Below are positions 8,196 to 17,473 of a stretch of 53,182 bases of DNA, piece by piece. The position numbers and the translations under genes are program-made. This DNA is from Verrucomicrobiota bacterium (GTDB taxonomy: Bacteria; Verrucomicrobiota; Verrucomicrobiia; Chthoniobacterales; UBA10450). Every line of letters begins with the position of its first letter. Positions within the stretch are counted from its first letter, which is position 1. The notes below the pieces were generated by a model. The model searched no databases. It saw only the letters and a list, made by a program, of their open reading frames with translations, and was not told the DNA's origin. The stretch covers positions 1-53,182 of the forward strand of contig QHON01000171.1 of NCBI GenBank assembly GCA_003218815.1, written 5' to 3'.

Positions 8196-9731
8196 ATGGC
8201 AGAACCCGCAAATTCTTCCAGCAAAACCGCTATTATGCCGCGGCGCGACGAAGATTTTCCTGAATGGTATCAACAAGTGATTCGTGCAGCCGAGCTGGCT
8301 GAGCCTTCGGACGTGCGGGGCTGCATGGTGATCCGCCCGTGGGGCTACGGCATCTGGGAGAATATGCAGCGGCACCTCGACGCGATGTTCCGCGCGACGG
8401 GCCACCGCAACGCATACTTTCCACTTTTGATTCCGCTGAGTTATTTCGCGAAGGAGGCGGAGCACGTCAAAGGCTTTGCAAAAGAATGCGCAGTCGTCAC
8501 GCATAGCCGCCTCGAAGCCGATGCCGACGGAAAGTTAAGGCCGTCGAGCGCGTTGACTGAGCCGCTGGTGATCCGGCCGACTTCCGAAACAATTATCGGC
8601 GCCAGTTACGCAAAGTGGGTGCAATCGTATCGCGATCTTCCCATTCTGATTAATCAATGGGCGAACGTTGTCCGGTGGGAAATGCGGCCCCGCCTGTTCC
8701 TGCGCACGACCGAGTTTCTCTGGCAGGAAGGGCACACTGTTCACGAAACTGAAGCCGAGGCGTGGGCGGAGACGAAGCAGATGCTCGAAGTTTATGGGCG
8801 TTTCGTGCACGACTATCTAGCTGTTCCGATTTTCAGCGGCGAAAAATCGGAGAGCGAACGTTTTCCGGGGGCAGTGCAAACCTTGTCGATTGAAGCGATG
8901 GTGCAAGACCGAAAGGCGATCCAGGCCGGTACCTCGCATTTTCTTGGCCAAAATTTTGCACGTGCGAGCGGGATTCAATTTCAGAACCGTGAAGGCAAAC
9001 AGGAATTCGGCTGGACCACTAGCTGGGGCATGAGCACGCGTCTCCTCGGCACCTTGGTGATGGCGCACGGAGACGACGATGGTCTTGTCTTGCCGCCGCG
9101 TATCGCGCCAACGCAGGTCGTGATCCTGCCCATCACGCCAAAGCAAGAAACACGGGGTGCGGTGCTCGAAGCTTGTGACAAACTCGCCAAACAGTTGCGC
9201 GAAATTCGATATGTGGATGTTCCGATTGAAGTAGAAGTCGATCGGCGCGACCTCGGAGGCGGGGTAAAGAATTGGGAGTGGATCAAGAGAGGCGTGCCCC
9301 TTCGTGTCGAGATTGGTCCGCGGGATCTCGAATCAGCCAAGGTGACGATGAGCCGCCGCGATCAGGCAACGAAAATGAAAGAGTCTATATCGATGCAGGA
9401 GTTCGTTTCGCACTCGGCCGAGGTTCTTGACTCAATCCAGCGCAACCTTTTGGAGCGCGCGAAGAAATTCCGCGACCAACATACACGCGTCATCGATTCC
9501 AAAGACGAGTTCTACGATTTCTTTACGCCCAGAGACGCGACCAAACCCGAAATTCACGGTGGCTTTGCCCTCGCACACTGGGATGGCTCTCGCGAGGTTG
9601 AAGAACAAATCAAGAACGATCTCAAAGTCACGATTCGGGTTATTCCGCTCGACAATTCCTCTGAGTCTGGAAAGTGTATTTTCACAGGCAAACCGAGTTC
9701 GTGCCGTGTGATCTGGGCGAAGTCTTACTGA
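8196..9731 (+). CDS. proS: Proline--tRNA ligase (archaeal/eukaryote-like type)
   Basis: DEDFPEWYQQVIRAAELAE...VRGCMVIRPWGYGIWENMQ, the class II motifs and the C-terminal ...RVIWAKSY are typical of this ProRS type. Confidence 0.95.
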   Translation: MAEPANSSSKTAIMPRRDEDFPEWYQQVIRAAELAEPSDVRGCMVIRPWGYGIWENMQRHLDAMFRATGHRNAYFPLLIPLSYFAKEAEHVKGFAKECAVVTHSRLEADADGKLRPSSALTEPLVIRPTSETIIGASYAKWVQSYRDLPILINQWANVVRWEMRPRLFLRTTEFLWQEGHTVHETEAEAWAETKQMLEVYGRFVHDYLAVPIFSGEKSESERFPGAVQTLSIEAMVQDRKAIQAGTSHFLGQNFARASGIQFQNREGKQEFGWTTSWGMSTRLLGTLVMAHGDDDGLVLPPRIAPTQVVILPITPKQETRGAVLEACDKLAKQLREIRYVDVPIEVEVDRRDLGGGVKNWEWIKRGVPLRVEIGPRDLESAKVTMSRRDQATKMKESISMQEFVSHSAEVLDSIQRNLLERAKKFRDQHTRVIDSKDEFYDFFTPRDATKPEIHGGFALAHWDGSREVEEQIKNDLKVTIRVIPLDNSSESGKCIFTGKPSSCRVIWAKSY

Positions 9732-9785
9732 AACGCCGGTGCTAGGTTGACGCGCTCGAAAGGGACAGTTTATTACCGCGTTTCG

Positions 9786-10031
9786 ATGGAATTAAGGCTT
9801 TACAGTCGCCAATGGTGCTCCTGGTGCATTGACGCGAAGGATTATCTCACCGAGAAAGGCTATCGTTTCGATGTCGTTGATGTCGGCAAAGATCGACACG
9901 CCTACGAAGAGATGAAAAAGCTTTCCGAGCAAACTTATGTCCCGACATTCGTGGCGGGCGACAGGGTTCTGGCCAATTTCGATACCGATCAACTCGAGAA
10001 ATTTCTGAACGAGCACCAGATCGATCCCTAA
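9786..10031 (+). CDS. Glutaredoxin/NrdH-like small redox protein
   Basis: ATG at 9786 gives MELRLYSRQWCSWCIDAKDYL, with a CxxC motif at the start of a thioredoxin fold. TYVPTF (cis-Pro region) is also present. The length is 81 aa. Confidence 0.7.
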   Translation: MELRLYSRQWCSWCIDAKDYLTEKGYRFDVVDVGKDRHAYEEMKKLSEQTYVPTFVAGDRVLANFDTDQLEKFLNEHQIDP

Positions 10032-10846
10032 TGCTCTTTGGTGTTTTTTTAACGCTCGGCGTGGCGATGCTCAGCGTCGCTCTGCGCAGTTTTCAAAACT
10101 CGTATTCACAAAAAGCGGGCGCGCTCGGTATTATTATCGCGTCATTTCTCGCGATCTTTTTTATATCCGGCAGCTGGGTGCTTGGTTTGGCCGCCGCGGT
10201 GAGCTGGCTCTTTCTACCGTGGCTTGAAATTCTCACGCGCATACGCGCGCTTCGCTTGCCGAAGGAAAAACAGCTGCGGCCAAAAAATGCGCCGTCGTCA
10301 GATAGTTTTCCTGCGCTAAGCGAGATTACGCGCGAGATCGAGGACGAAGGTTTTGTGCAGGTGGGCGACGCTGGGTGGGACTGGGAGGATTACCGCCAGT
10401 TTTTCCGTTTGTTTTACAAGGAGGAAGACCGAGCGCAGGCCGCGATTTGTCTGAACGAGCAGCATGATCTCTCGTTTTATTATCTGCGAATTTCATCGCG
10501 CGCGAAGGGCGGGACGATTTGGACGACCTGGAATTACCCGCTCTCGTATGGGCTGAAAGTGACTCCTCAGTTTCGGATTAACCGTCAGCGACCGGATCAA
10601 TCCTTTTGGCGGCTTTATCAAAGCCATCGCGAGTTCCTCCGCCGAAACGGCGTGAAAGCAGACGCGATCGATACGTTGGATGAAGAGCGTATCGAAACGG
10701 AAATAGAAAACGATCTGCGCGATCAAATCGCGCATAACATCGCCAAGGGCGTGCTCAAGCAGACCGCGGCAGGCGATGTAAAATATTCCTGGCGCGGGAT
10801 GATTTATCTTTGGTGCCAGTTCCTGGTCGATCTGGTGCGGTTGTAG
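10031..10846 (+). CDS. Hypothetical membrane protein (3 N-terminal TM helices plus a ~190-aa soluble domain)
   Basis: The ATG overlaps the upstream stop (TAATG at 10029-10033). The ORF is long and clean, and I recognise no family. Confidence 0.6.
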   Translation: MLFGVFLTLGVAMLSVALRSFQNSYSQKAGALGIIIASFLAIFFISGSWVLGLAAAVSWLFLPWLEILTRIRALRLPKEKQLRPKNAPSSDSFPALSEITREIEDEGFVQVGDAGWDWEDYRQFFRLFYKEEDRAQAAICLNEQHDLSFYYLRISSRAKGGTIWTTWNYPLSYGLKVTPQFRINRQRPDQSFWRLYQSHREFLRRNGVKADAIDTLDEERIETEIENDLRDQIAHNIAKGVLKQTAAGDVKYSWRGMIYLWCQFLVDLVRL

Positions 10847-10938
10847 CGGGCTCTGTGGGAGCTGTTAGCTCTTAAATTAATTTTAATTTTGACGGTCACA
10901 GACCGCCGCTGCAGCGATTGTCGATATCTTGCGCGCGA

Positions 10939-11499
10939 TCACACCTTCATGATCTCAGCTTCTTTGTGCTTGAGATGGTCGTCCACGGACTTGACAAAGC
11001 GATCGGTCAGCTTTTGCACTTCGGTTTCCAAATCGTGCAATCCGTCTTCGCTTAATTCGCCGCTGGCTTTGAGTTTTTTCACCTCATCGAGCGCCGTGCG
11101 TCGGTTCGCCCGAACGCGTACCCGGGCTTCCTCCGCCATTTTACCGAGTGAGCGGACAAGATCCTTGCGCCGCTCTTCCGACAACTCAGGAATCGGGAGC
11201 CGAATAATCTTTCCATCGACGTTCGGCGTGATCCCGATCTTGGATTCCTTGAGCGCCCTCTCAACGTCTTGCACAGTACTGGCATCAAACGGCTGAACGA
11301 CGAGTAAACGCGGCTCGGGCGTCGTGATCAAGGCAAGCTGCTTCAACTTCATGGTCGATCCGTACGCGGCAACATCGACATTCTCGACGAGCCCGGGTGA
11401 CGCTTTGCCGGTGCGAACAGCGGCAAATTCGTGCACCATATAGTCGACGCTTTTTTCCATCGACATCTCGGCTTCGAGAAGAATGTCGTCTCTGCTCAT
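10939..11499 (-). CDS. frr: Ribosome recycling factor
   Basis: EKSVDYMVHEFAAVRTGKASPGLVENVDV...ITPNVDGKIIRLPIPELSEERRKDLV is canonical RRF. Confidence 0.95.
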   Translation of the reverse strand: MSRDDILLEAEMSMEKSVDYMVHEFAAVRTGKASPGLVENVDVAAYGSTMKLKQLALITTPEPRLLVVQPFDASTVQDVERALKESKIGITPNVDGKIIRLPIPELSEERRKDLVRSLGKMAEEARVRVRANRRTALDEVKKLKASGELSEDGLHDLETEVQKLTDRFVKSVDDHLKHKEAEIMKV

Positions 11500-11511
11500 G
11501 CGGCTAAATTT

Positions 11512-12252
11512 CTACTTCGGTTGCGGTTCATCGCAAATGAGTGTTCCGACTTTTCGCCCGAGCACGGCATCTCGAATGTTGCTAGGCTTATTCATATCAA
11601 AAACCACGATCGGAATCTTGTTATCCATGCAAAGACTAAACGCAGTCGAATCCATGATCTGCAATCGTTTCATGAGCGCTTCGGTGAAAGTAATGCGTTC
11701 GTAGAGCCGCGCATTTGCATCGGTGTTCGGGTCGCGATCGTAAACACCATCTACTTTCGTGGCTTTCAGGATGACATCGGCGCGAATCTCGCTGGCGCGC
11801 AGCGCTGCGGTCGTATCGGTTGAAAAATATGGATTCCCGGTGCCGGCTGCAAATATAACCACTCGGCCAAGTTCGAGATGTCGGATAGCGCGACCGAGAA
11901 TGAACGGCTCGGCTACGTTTTTCATTTCGATGGCAGTTTGCACGCGGGTCTCAACGCCCATCTCGGCGAGCGTGCTCCGCAAAGCCAGCGCGTTGATCAC
12001 GGTGGCGAGCATGCCCATGTAATCCGCGGTCGTGCGATCCATGCCGCGATCGGCTGCGGAGAGGCCGCGCCAGATGTTACCGCCGCCGATCACTACCGAG
12101 ACTTGCACCCCAAGGTCGCGCACATCTTTGATGCGTTCGGCAATCTCGCGCACGACCGCCGGCGAGATATTCTCCCGTGCGCCACGCTCTCGCAGCGCTT
12201 CGCCGCTCAATTTGAGGACAATACGTTTGTAAGCTGGCGCTTCCGTTTTCAT
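11512..12252 (-). CDS. pyrH: UMP kinase
   Basis: The internal ATG at 12252 gives [28 protein letters not shown] and [20 protein letters not shown] are also present. The gene lies directly upstream of frr, as in many bacteria. Confidence 0.95.
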   Translation of the reverse strand: MKTEAPAYKRIVLKLSGEALRERGARENISPAVVREIAERIKDVRDLGVQVSVVIGGGNIWRGLSAADRGMDRTTADYMGMLATVINALALRSTLAEMGVETRVQTAIEMKNVAEPFILGRAIRHLELGRVVIFAAGTGNPYFSTDTTAALRASEIRADVILKATKVDGVYDRDPNTDANARLYERITFTEALMKRLQIMDSTAFSLCMDNKIPIVVFDMNKPSNIRDAVLGRKVGTLICDEPQPK

Positions 12253-12326
12253 GATGCGCAAAATCATCAAACAGAACCCGACCTCGTTTTGAAAGCAAAA
12301 TGCAGTGGCACGGACTCCCGGCCAAT

Positions 12327-13259
12327 TCATCCCCACGAGGCCGCCTCAAATCCGTGTAGGAATTCCGCCGAGGTCATCCGCCGCTTCCCTTCAGGCTGCA
12401 CCTCTTCCAACGAAAGGGCGCGGTCACTTGCTGCAATCACTAGGCCTCTCTTCCCTGTCTGCAATATTTCGCCCGCTTCGCCCACAAGATCGACAATTGA
12501 GGCGGAAAATATTTTTAAATTACGCGGTTTGCCCGATTTTGCGGTAACGGTGGTAAACGCACCCGGCCATGGATTAAAGGCGCGAATTTTTCTTTCGAGT
12601 ATGTCAGCCGGTTGCGACCAATCAATTTTGCCATCATTACGATTCAATTTCGGCGCATACGTGGCGAGCGCATTATTCTGGGGTATGCGCGGCGCAATTT
12701 CTTTCGCAAGCAGTTGCAAAGACTCGAGTAACGCGTCCGGGGCAATTTGTCCCAGCCGATCGTGCAGCGATCCGCCGGTCTCCGTCGGCAAAATGTCGAT
12801 CTTGCGTTGCAATAGAATATCGCCTGTGTCGAGACCTTCATCCATGTACATCACCGTAATGCCTGTTTCGGGGTCGCCGGATGCAATTGCGGCTTGAATG
12901 GGTGCCGCGCCGCGATGTCGTGGGAGCAACGAAGCATGCAAGTTCAAACAAGCGACGCGGGGAGTCTCAAGGATCCCACGCGGCAAAATCTGTCCGTAAG
13001 CCATGACGATGATCGCCTGCGGCGACCGCGCACTGATCTCTTCGATTGATTGTCGATCTTTAATCCGCGCTGGTTGCAAGATCGGTATCTTGGTTCCGGC
13101 AAGCGCCTTTTTAATGGGTGAGGGTTCAATTCGCTGCTCGCGCCCAACCGGTTTGTCCGGCTGCGTAACGACTGCCGCGAGCTGATGCTCTTCCGATCCC
13201 AGCAAGGCGTGGAGCGTCGGCACGCCGATTTCTCCCGTGCCGATGAAGACGACGCGCAT
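12327..13259 (-). CDS. fmt: Methionyl-tRNA formyltransferase
   Basis: [36 protein letters not shown] and the C-terminal [15 protein letters not shown] are present. Confidence 0.95.
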   Translation of the reverse strand: MRVVFIGTGEIGVPTLHALLGSEEHQLAAVVTQPDKPVGREQRIEPSPIKKALAGTKIPILQPARIKDRQSIEEISARSPQAIIVMAYGQILPRGILETPRVACLNLHASLLPRHRGAAPIQAAIASGDPETGITVMYMDEGLDTGDILLQRKIDILPTETGGSLHDRLGQIAPDALLESLQLLAKEIAPRIPQNNALATYAPKLNRNDGKIDWSQPADILERKIRAFNPWPGAFTTVTAKSGKPRNLKIFSASIVDLVGEAGEILQTGKRGLVIAASDRALSLEEVQPEGKRRMTSAEFLHGFEAASWG

Positions 13260-13265
13260 CGCTCC

Positions 13266-13511
13266 TTAATGAAGAAGCGTTTGCGGCGACGCGCGCCGCG
13301 GACGACGCCTAGCCATCGCCCGCGCCATCAATTTATCGCCAGCAGTGACTTCACGTTGGCCGACCGACGATCCGCAACCGGTACAAAGATAATCGAAAAT
13401 CTCGCGGTCAGGCAGGACTAAAAGCAACCGCTCTCGCACCGGCATCGCGGTTTTGCATTTCTCGCAATAGAGGCTCGAGGCAGTGAAATTTTCAAACTGT
13501 TGCTGGCTCAT
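13266..13511 (-). CDS. Small zinc-ribbon-like protein (CxxC...CxxC), function unknown
   Basis: The sequence is MSQQQFENFTASSLYCEKCKTAMPV...DYLCTGCGSS followed by a basic tail. The start region overlaps the 3' end of the adk-like gene by about 20 nt. Confidence 0.5.
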   Translation of the reverse strand: MSQQQFENFTASSLYCEKCKTAMPVRERLLLVLPDREIFDYLCTGCGSSVGQREVTAGDKLMARAMARRRPRRASPQTLLH

Positions 13512-14100
13512 GCTGAGCATCCACGCCGTTCATACTGGCGAGGATATCAAACAACACTTTCGAGGGCGACTGCGTCGCGTCAACCACCGTGACCATCTCT
13601 TTCGGATAATATGAAAGCACGGGCTTCGATTCCGCTTCGTAGGTATCGAGGCGGCGCTGGATCACTTGTTCGTTTGCGTCGTCGAGGCGGTTGTCTTTTA
13701 ACGCGCGCTTTTTTAAGCGAGCAAAAAGCGTCTCGCGGCTCGGGCACGCGAGATGAAACACTTTTTTTACATCGATCATATCCTCCATGACCTTCGCCTG
13801 CCCGATGTTTCGGGGGATACCGTCAAGAACGAGCGTATCGATGTCCGGCTTAAACTTGTGTGCGTCTACCGCTGCCTCAATCGCCTCCCGCCAGAGCTCG
13901 ACTGTGATCTCGTCTGGCACGAGCTGGCCTTTGCTCGAGTAATCGAGGAAGGCTTTACCCACTTTCGTGCGGGTATCGATCGAGCGAAATACATCGCCAC
14001 AGGCGCAATGATAGAAGCGCGGGATCGTACCGAGCGTTTTACCCTGCGTCCCTTTGCCGCTGCCAGGCGCGCCAAAGAGGATAAACGTGTTGTACCTCAT
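13492..14100 (-). CDS. adk: Adenylate kinase-family nucleoside monophosphate kinase (short LID, no Zn motif)
   Basis: ATG at 14100 gives MRYNTFILFGAPGSGKGTQG (P-loop). GDVFR, GQLVPDEIT, VLDGIPRN and RLDD are also present. Confidence 0.75.
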   Translation of the reverse strand: MRYNTFILFGAPGSGKGTQGKTLGTIPRFYHCACGDVFRSIDTRTKVGKAFLDYSSKGQLVPDEITVELWREAIEAAVDAHKFKPDIDTLVLDGIPRNIGQAKVMEDMIDVKKVFHLACPSRETLFARLKKRALKDNRLDDANEQVIQRRLDTYEAESKPVLSYYPKEMVTVVDATQSPSKVLFDILASMNGVDAQHEPATV

Positions 14101-14155
14101 GAGCGAAATCCGTTTATACCGCAACCTCGTCGAAGCCGGAAAGTAGAATCAGCTC

Positions 14156-14413
14156 CTATTTTCCAGCAGCGACAGGATCGACATTTACCCGGCGGCCAGC
14201 GCGATCGAAGCGCACGTTTCCATTCACCAGTGCAAAAATCGTGTAATCGCGTCCGAGCCCCACATTTTTCCCAGGCAAAAATTTGGTTCCGCGCTGACGA
14301 ATAATAATGTTGCCAGCAACAACCATCTCGCTGCCAAATTTTTTCACACCCAGTCGCTTGCTGACACTGTCGCGCCCGTTCTTTACACTGCCTTGTCCTT
14401 TTTTATGAGCCAT
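14156..14413 (-). CDS. rpmA: 50S ribosomal protein L27
   Basis: [27 protein letters not shown]...IIRQRGTKF is canonical L27. Confidence 0.95.
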   Translation of the reverse strand: MAHKKGQGSVKNGRDSVSKRLGVKKFGSEMVVAGNIIIRQRGTKFLPGKNVGLGRDYTIFALVNGNVRFDRAGRRVNVDPVAAGK

Positions 14414-14455
14414 TTCTCGATTCGATGTTGAATGTTGAGCGTCGGATGTTCGACG

Positions 14456-14794
14456 TTAGGTCCTCTTCGATTTTGTGCCACTGACGGTGATGCTTTTGAT
14501 CTTCACTCGCGTTAGCTTTCGCCGATGTCCTACCGTACGATGGTAACCCTTACGCCGTTTGAATTTGAACGCGACGACTTTTTTGTCTTTCCGTTGCTCA
14601 ACTACTTCGGCCGTCACCTTCGCGCCAGAGATTAGTGGATCACCGTGCGTGAGCCTGTCGCCATCGGCGTGCAATAACACGTCGCCAAACGTGGTGGTTT
14701 TTCCCACTTCCGCGTCCAAAAGATCGACATCGATCGTGTCGCCCTCGACGACCCGATACTGTCTACCACCAGTCTTGATAATTGCGTAAGCCAT
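14456..14794 (-). CDS. rplU: 50S ribosomal protein L21
   Basis: The internal ATG at 14794 gives MAYAIIKTGGRQYRVVEGD. ...KVVAFKFKRRKGYHRTVGHRR is also present. The gene lies upstream of rpmA. Confidence 0.95.
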   Translation of the reverse strand: MAYAIIKTGGRQYRVVEGDTIDVDLLDAEVGKTTTFGDVLLHADGDRLTHGDPLISGAKVTAEVVEQRKDKKVVAFKFKRRKGYHRTVGHRRKLTRVKIKSITVSGTKSKRT

Positions 14795-14959
14795 AACGAA
14801 GGAGAATTCTCTGGGGAAAAAGCCGCGCAAATTCACACAGATACGCTCCTTTGACAAGCGGAAAGCGTTCGCTGGAACTCAGCTAGGTAATGATTGACCT
14901 CAGTCGTCTGGACAAAGTGAACTGCAATGGTGCGCGCGAGACAGTCCAATGGACCGCTC

Positions 14960-15622
14960 TTACCGTTCAGAAATCAAAAGGACAATCTCACCTTTGGGCA
15001 CATGCGCCTCGTAGTGCGCGAGAAGCTCACTGGCTGTACCACGCCGGAATTCTTCGAATTTTTTGGTGAGCTCGCGGGCGACGCAGATCTGCCGACCTGG
15101 CATGACGTCCAAACAGGCTTTGAGCGTTTTTGCGAGGCGGTATCGGGATTCAAAAAAAATCGTCGTTTCGTCACGCCCGGCGGCTGCGTGCAACTCACGT
15201 TTGCGCTGTCCGCTTTTGACCGGGAGAAATCCAGCGAAGAAAAATTTCTGGCTCGAGAATCCAGAACCGATGAGTGCGGTTAAGATCGACGACGGTCCCG
15301 GGATGATCGTGAATGGCAGGTCACGTTTGATACATTCACGAATCAATCGTGCGCCGGGATCCGAGACTCCGGGCGTTCCGGCGTCGGTGATAAGGGCGAT
15401 GTCTTTGCCTGCCACGAGTCGCTCGACGAGTTGCGCGGTGCGCATGGCTTCATTGTGCTCATGATAACTGACGAGCGTTTTTTTGATTTCGAAATGCTTT
15501 AGCAAGACTCCGGAGTGGCGCGTGTCTTCAGCGGCGATTAGATCGACTAATTTCAACACCTCGAGCGCACGAAGTGTGATGTCCGAAAGGTTACCGATTG
15601 GGGTCGCCACAACGTAAAGCAT
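14960..15622 (-). CDS. rsmI: 16S rRNA (cytidine1402-2'-O)-methyltransferase
   Basis: MLYVVATPIGNLSDITLRALEVLKLVDLIAAEDTRHS and DAGTPGVSDPG are present. Confidence 0.9.
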   Translation of the reverse strand: MLYVVATPIGNLSDITLRALEVLKLVDLIAAEDTRHSGVLLKHFEIKKTLVSYHEHNEAMRTAQLVERLVAGKDIALITDAGTPGVSDPGARLIRECIKRDLPFTIIPGPSSILTALIGSGFSSQKFFFAGFLPVKSGQRKRELHAAAGRDETTIFFESRYRLAKTLKACLDVMPGRQICVARELTKKFEEFRRGTASELLAHYEAHVPKGEIVLLISER

Positions 15623-15705
15623 CCTTGATCATCGGATCGGAATTTCTTTTTCGCCATCGATTACGTGCAGAGAAAAATCGCTATCGCTGATTTGAACAAA
15701 GCCGA

Positions 15706-15713
15706 GGGGGGGG
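15706..15713. repeat. G8 homopolymer in the rsmI / lipoprotein divergent intergenic region
   Basis: The sequence gccgaGGGGGGGGtgcg was read directly. It is the only G or C run longer than 5 that I noticed in the window. It lies 32-39 nt upstream of the ATG at 15745. Confidence 0.9.
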
Positions 15714-15744
15714 TGCGAAACGAATCCATGGCGAGGAGGCTTAT

Positions 15745-16095
15745 ATGAGAAAAGGCGTTTATGCATTGGCGCTGGCCCTGTTTTTCTTCGTCGGCTGCGC
15801 CGAGGAACCAACGACGGTGACCACGACGACAACCACGCAAGAAGTGACAACAACTGGCCCAGCCCGGGAGGTGGTGGTGACCAGGACTCCGCCCGCCGTT
15901 CGGGTCGAAACGCAAACGGTGCCCCCGGGGCCGGGGTATGTCTGGACACGTGGTTATTGGCGGTGGACCGGAGTCGATTATGTGTGGGTACCTGGCAGTT
16001 GGGCGGTGCGACCAAGGCCGGCCGCTGTGTGGGTAGAAGGTCATTGGGTTCGTAGGGCCGGCGGCTGGGTATGGATCGCCGGTCATTGGCAATAA
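15745..16095 (+). CDS. Lipoprotein with Thr-rich linker and YxWxxGxW-type Trp repeats
   Basis: An SD (GAGGAGG) lies 6 nt upstream. The signal/lipobox is MRKGVYALALALFFFVGC. A TTVTTTTTTQEVTTT linker is followed by GYVWTRGYWRW, YVWVPGSWAV, WVEGHWV and WVWIAGHW repeats. Confidence 0.75.
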   Translation: MRKGVYALALALFFFVGCAEEPTTVTTTTTTQEVTTTGPAREVVVTRTPPAVRVETQTVPPGPGYVWTRGYWRWTGVDYVWVPGSWAVRPRPAAVWVEGHWVRRAGGWVWIAGHWQ

Positions 16096-16220
16096 GTTCG
16101 TCGCAGTTTTCCGGCACGCTGCATTGAATCCGTGCCAGAACCGGTATCGGATAAATCGATATTCGATATCAGCGGAATCGATTTGCGCTATCGCATTGAT
16201 TGCATCTTCTTGATCGCGAA

Positions 16221-17069
16221 ATGCCTCGTAAACGTGGTCAAAGGCGAATTGCGGCGCGCTGGTTTTGCATTCTGATTGGGTTCTTCTTAATGGTGCTCGC
16301 GGTTCCTTCGTTTCTTTTCTTTCGGCAGCACGCGATGGTTTATCATCCGCGGCCGTACGATTCGCGTTACGGAGTCAAGCTTCCGGCGAATGGGGTCGAA
16401 GTTAACTACATCGTGTCAGCCGGAAAATGCTCGGCGTTTTACATTCCAAGCAGAGATGTATTGCCGAAGCGCCTCTGGATCGCGTTTTGCGGGAATGGCT
16501 CGCTCGCGCTGGATTGGCTGGCAAACATCCTCGTAAATTATCCGGTTAACGACGACGCTTTTCTCCTGGTGGATTATCCCGGCTACGGCAAAAACGGGGG
16601 CTACGCGATGATCGACAGCACGCGGGCTTCGGCTGACGCCGCGGTGCGCGCGCTCGAGGAGCGGTTGCATATGCCGGAGGAGCGGCTCACGGTTTGCGCG
16701 ATCGGGCATTCGTTAGGCGCGGCGGTCGCGCTCGATTTTGCCACGCGTCATCGGGTCGAACGGGTAGTGGCCATCTCGCCTTTTACGACGTTGCGCGAAG
16801 AAGCAGCGAGGGTAGTTGGGCGGCAGTTGGCGCGATTACTCCGCGAAAACTACGATAACCGGGAAAATCTTGCCCGAATTGCCAGGTACAACCCGAAGAC
16901 GCGTATCGGAATCTTTCATGGCACGGCTGATCACGATATTCCCGTCGAGATGGGTCGCGAGCTCGCCCGTGAGTTTCCGTTTGTGGAATTCTTCGCCATC
17001 GACGGCGCCGACCACGTGAGCGTACTCAACACCGGGCACGACAAGATCGTCGATTGGATGAATCACTGA
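16221..17069 (+). CDS. Alpha/beta-fold hydrolase
   Basis: The nucleophile elbow GHSLGA is present, with an N-terminal TM helix, C-terminal FHGTADHDIP and a late His (GADHV). Confidence 0.75.
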   Translation: MPRKRGQRRIAARWFCILIGFFLMVLAVPSFLFFRQHAMVYHPRPYDSRYGVKLPANGVEVNYIVSAGKCSAFYIPSRDVLPKRLWIAFCGNGSLALDWLANILVNYPVNDDAFLLVDYPGYGKNGGYAMIDSTRASADAAVRALEERLHMPEERLTVCAIGHSLGAAVALDFATRHRVERVVAISPFTTLREEAARVVGRQLARLLRENYDNRENLARIARYNPKTRIGIFHGTADHDIPVEMGRELAREFPFVEFFAIDGADHVSVLNTGHDKIVDWMNH

Positions 17070-17140
17070 TCAGATTGCCGCTTTTCATTCGCAGGCAATG
17101 TGGCATCTTTCGCTCGAACGAAAGCTGTGGCTCACAGGCG

Positions 17141-17428
17141 ATGAAACCGATGTTTCACTCCGCTGCCGGTAAGAGGCATTTTCCGCAGACCGATTATTTC
17201 TTTCATTCAGGCTTTGGCGAATGGCGCGGCTATGCATCGCCTGACGATGGCGACAGCAGATCGGAATTCCGGAATTTTTACAATTTGGGCCGTGAATTCC
17301 GGATCGAAGCAGCACGTGAACGCGCTAAGGAGATGGCGGTGTTCGCGCTTATCGTTGCGACCTCGGCCTGGCCGGTGATCTACATGGTGGTGACCGTCGT
17401 GAAATTGCTGAATAAGGGCCGACCCTAG
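17141..17428 (+). CDS. Hypothetical small protein with C-terminal TM helix
   Basis: The internal ATG at 17141 lies within track ORF 17054..17428. The C-terminal helix is MAVFALIVATSAWPVIYMVVTVV. I recognise no homology. Confidence 0.3.
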   Translation: MKPMFHSAAGKRHFPQTDYFFHSGFGEWRGYASPDDGDSRSEFRNFYNLGREFRIEAARERAKEMAVFALIVATSAWPVIYMVVTVVKLLNKGRP

Positions 17429-17473
17429 CTGAATCGTGGTCGATCTAAGTCAGGATGTCGATCTCCCTTGCGC

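Noticed and set aside
11878-12897. A 339-aa ORF on the plus strand spans pyrH and fmt.
   Set aside because: It is antisense to two unmistakable housekeeping genes. Its translation is low-complexity (Arg/Ala/Ser-rich) with no motifs. This is the typical shadow ORF of a GC-rich coding region.
15728-15748. A 6-codon mini-ORF (MARRLI*) has a TGA that overlaps the lipoprotein ATG.
   Set aside because: It is generated largely by the SD sequence GAGGAGG itself, so it is most likely coincidental.
15629-16117. Two long minus-strand ORFs (162 and 143 aa) lie opposite the YxWxxGxW lipoprotein gene.
   Set aside because: The plus-strand ORF has an SD, a signal peptide, a lipobox and a recognisable repeat family. 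The minus-strand products are Pro/Arg-rich with no start context.
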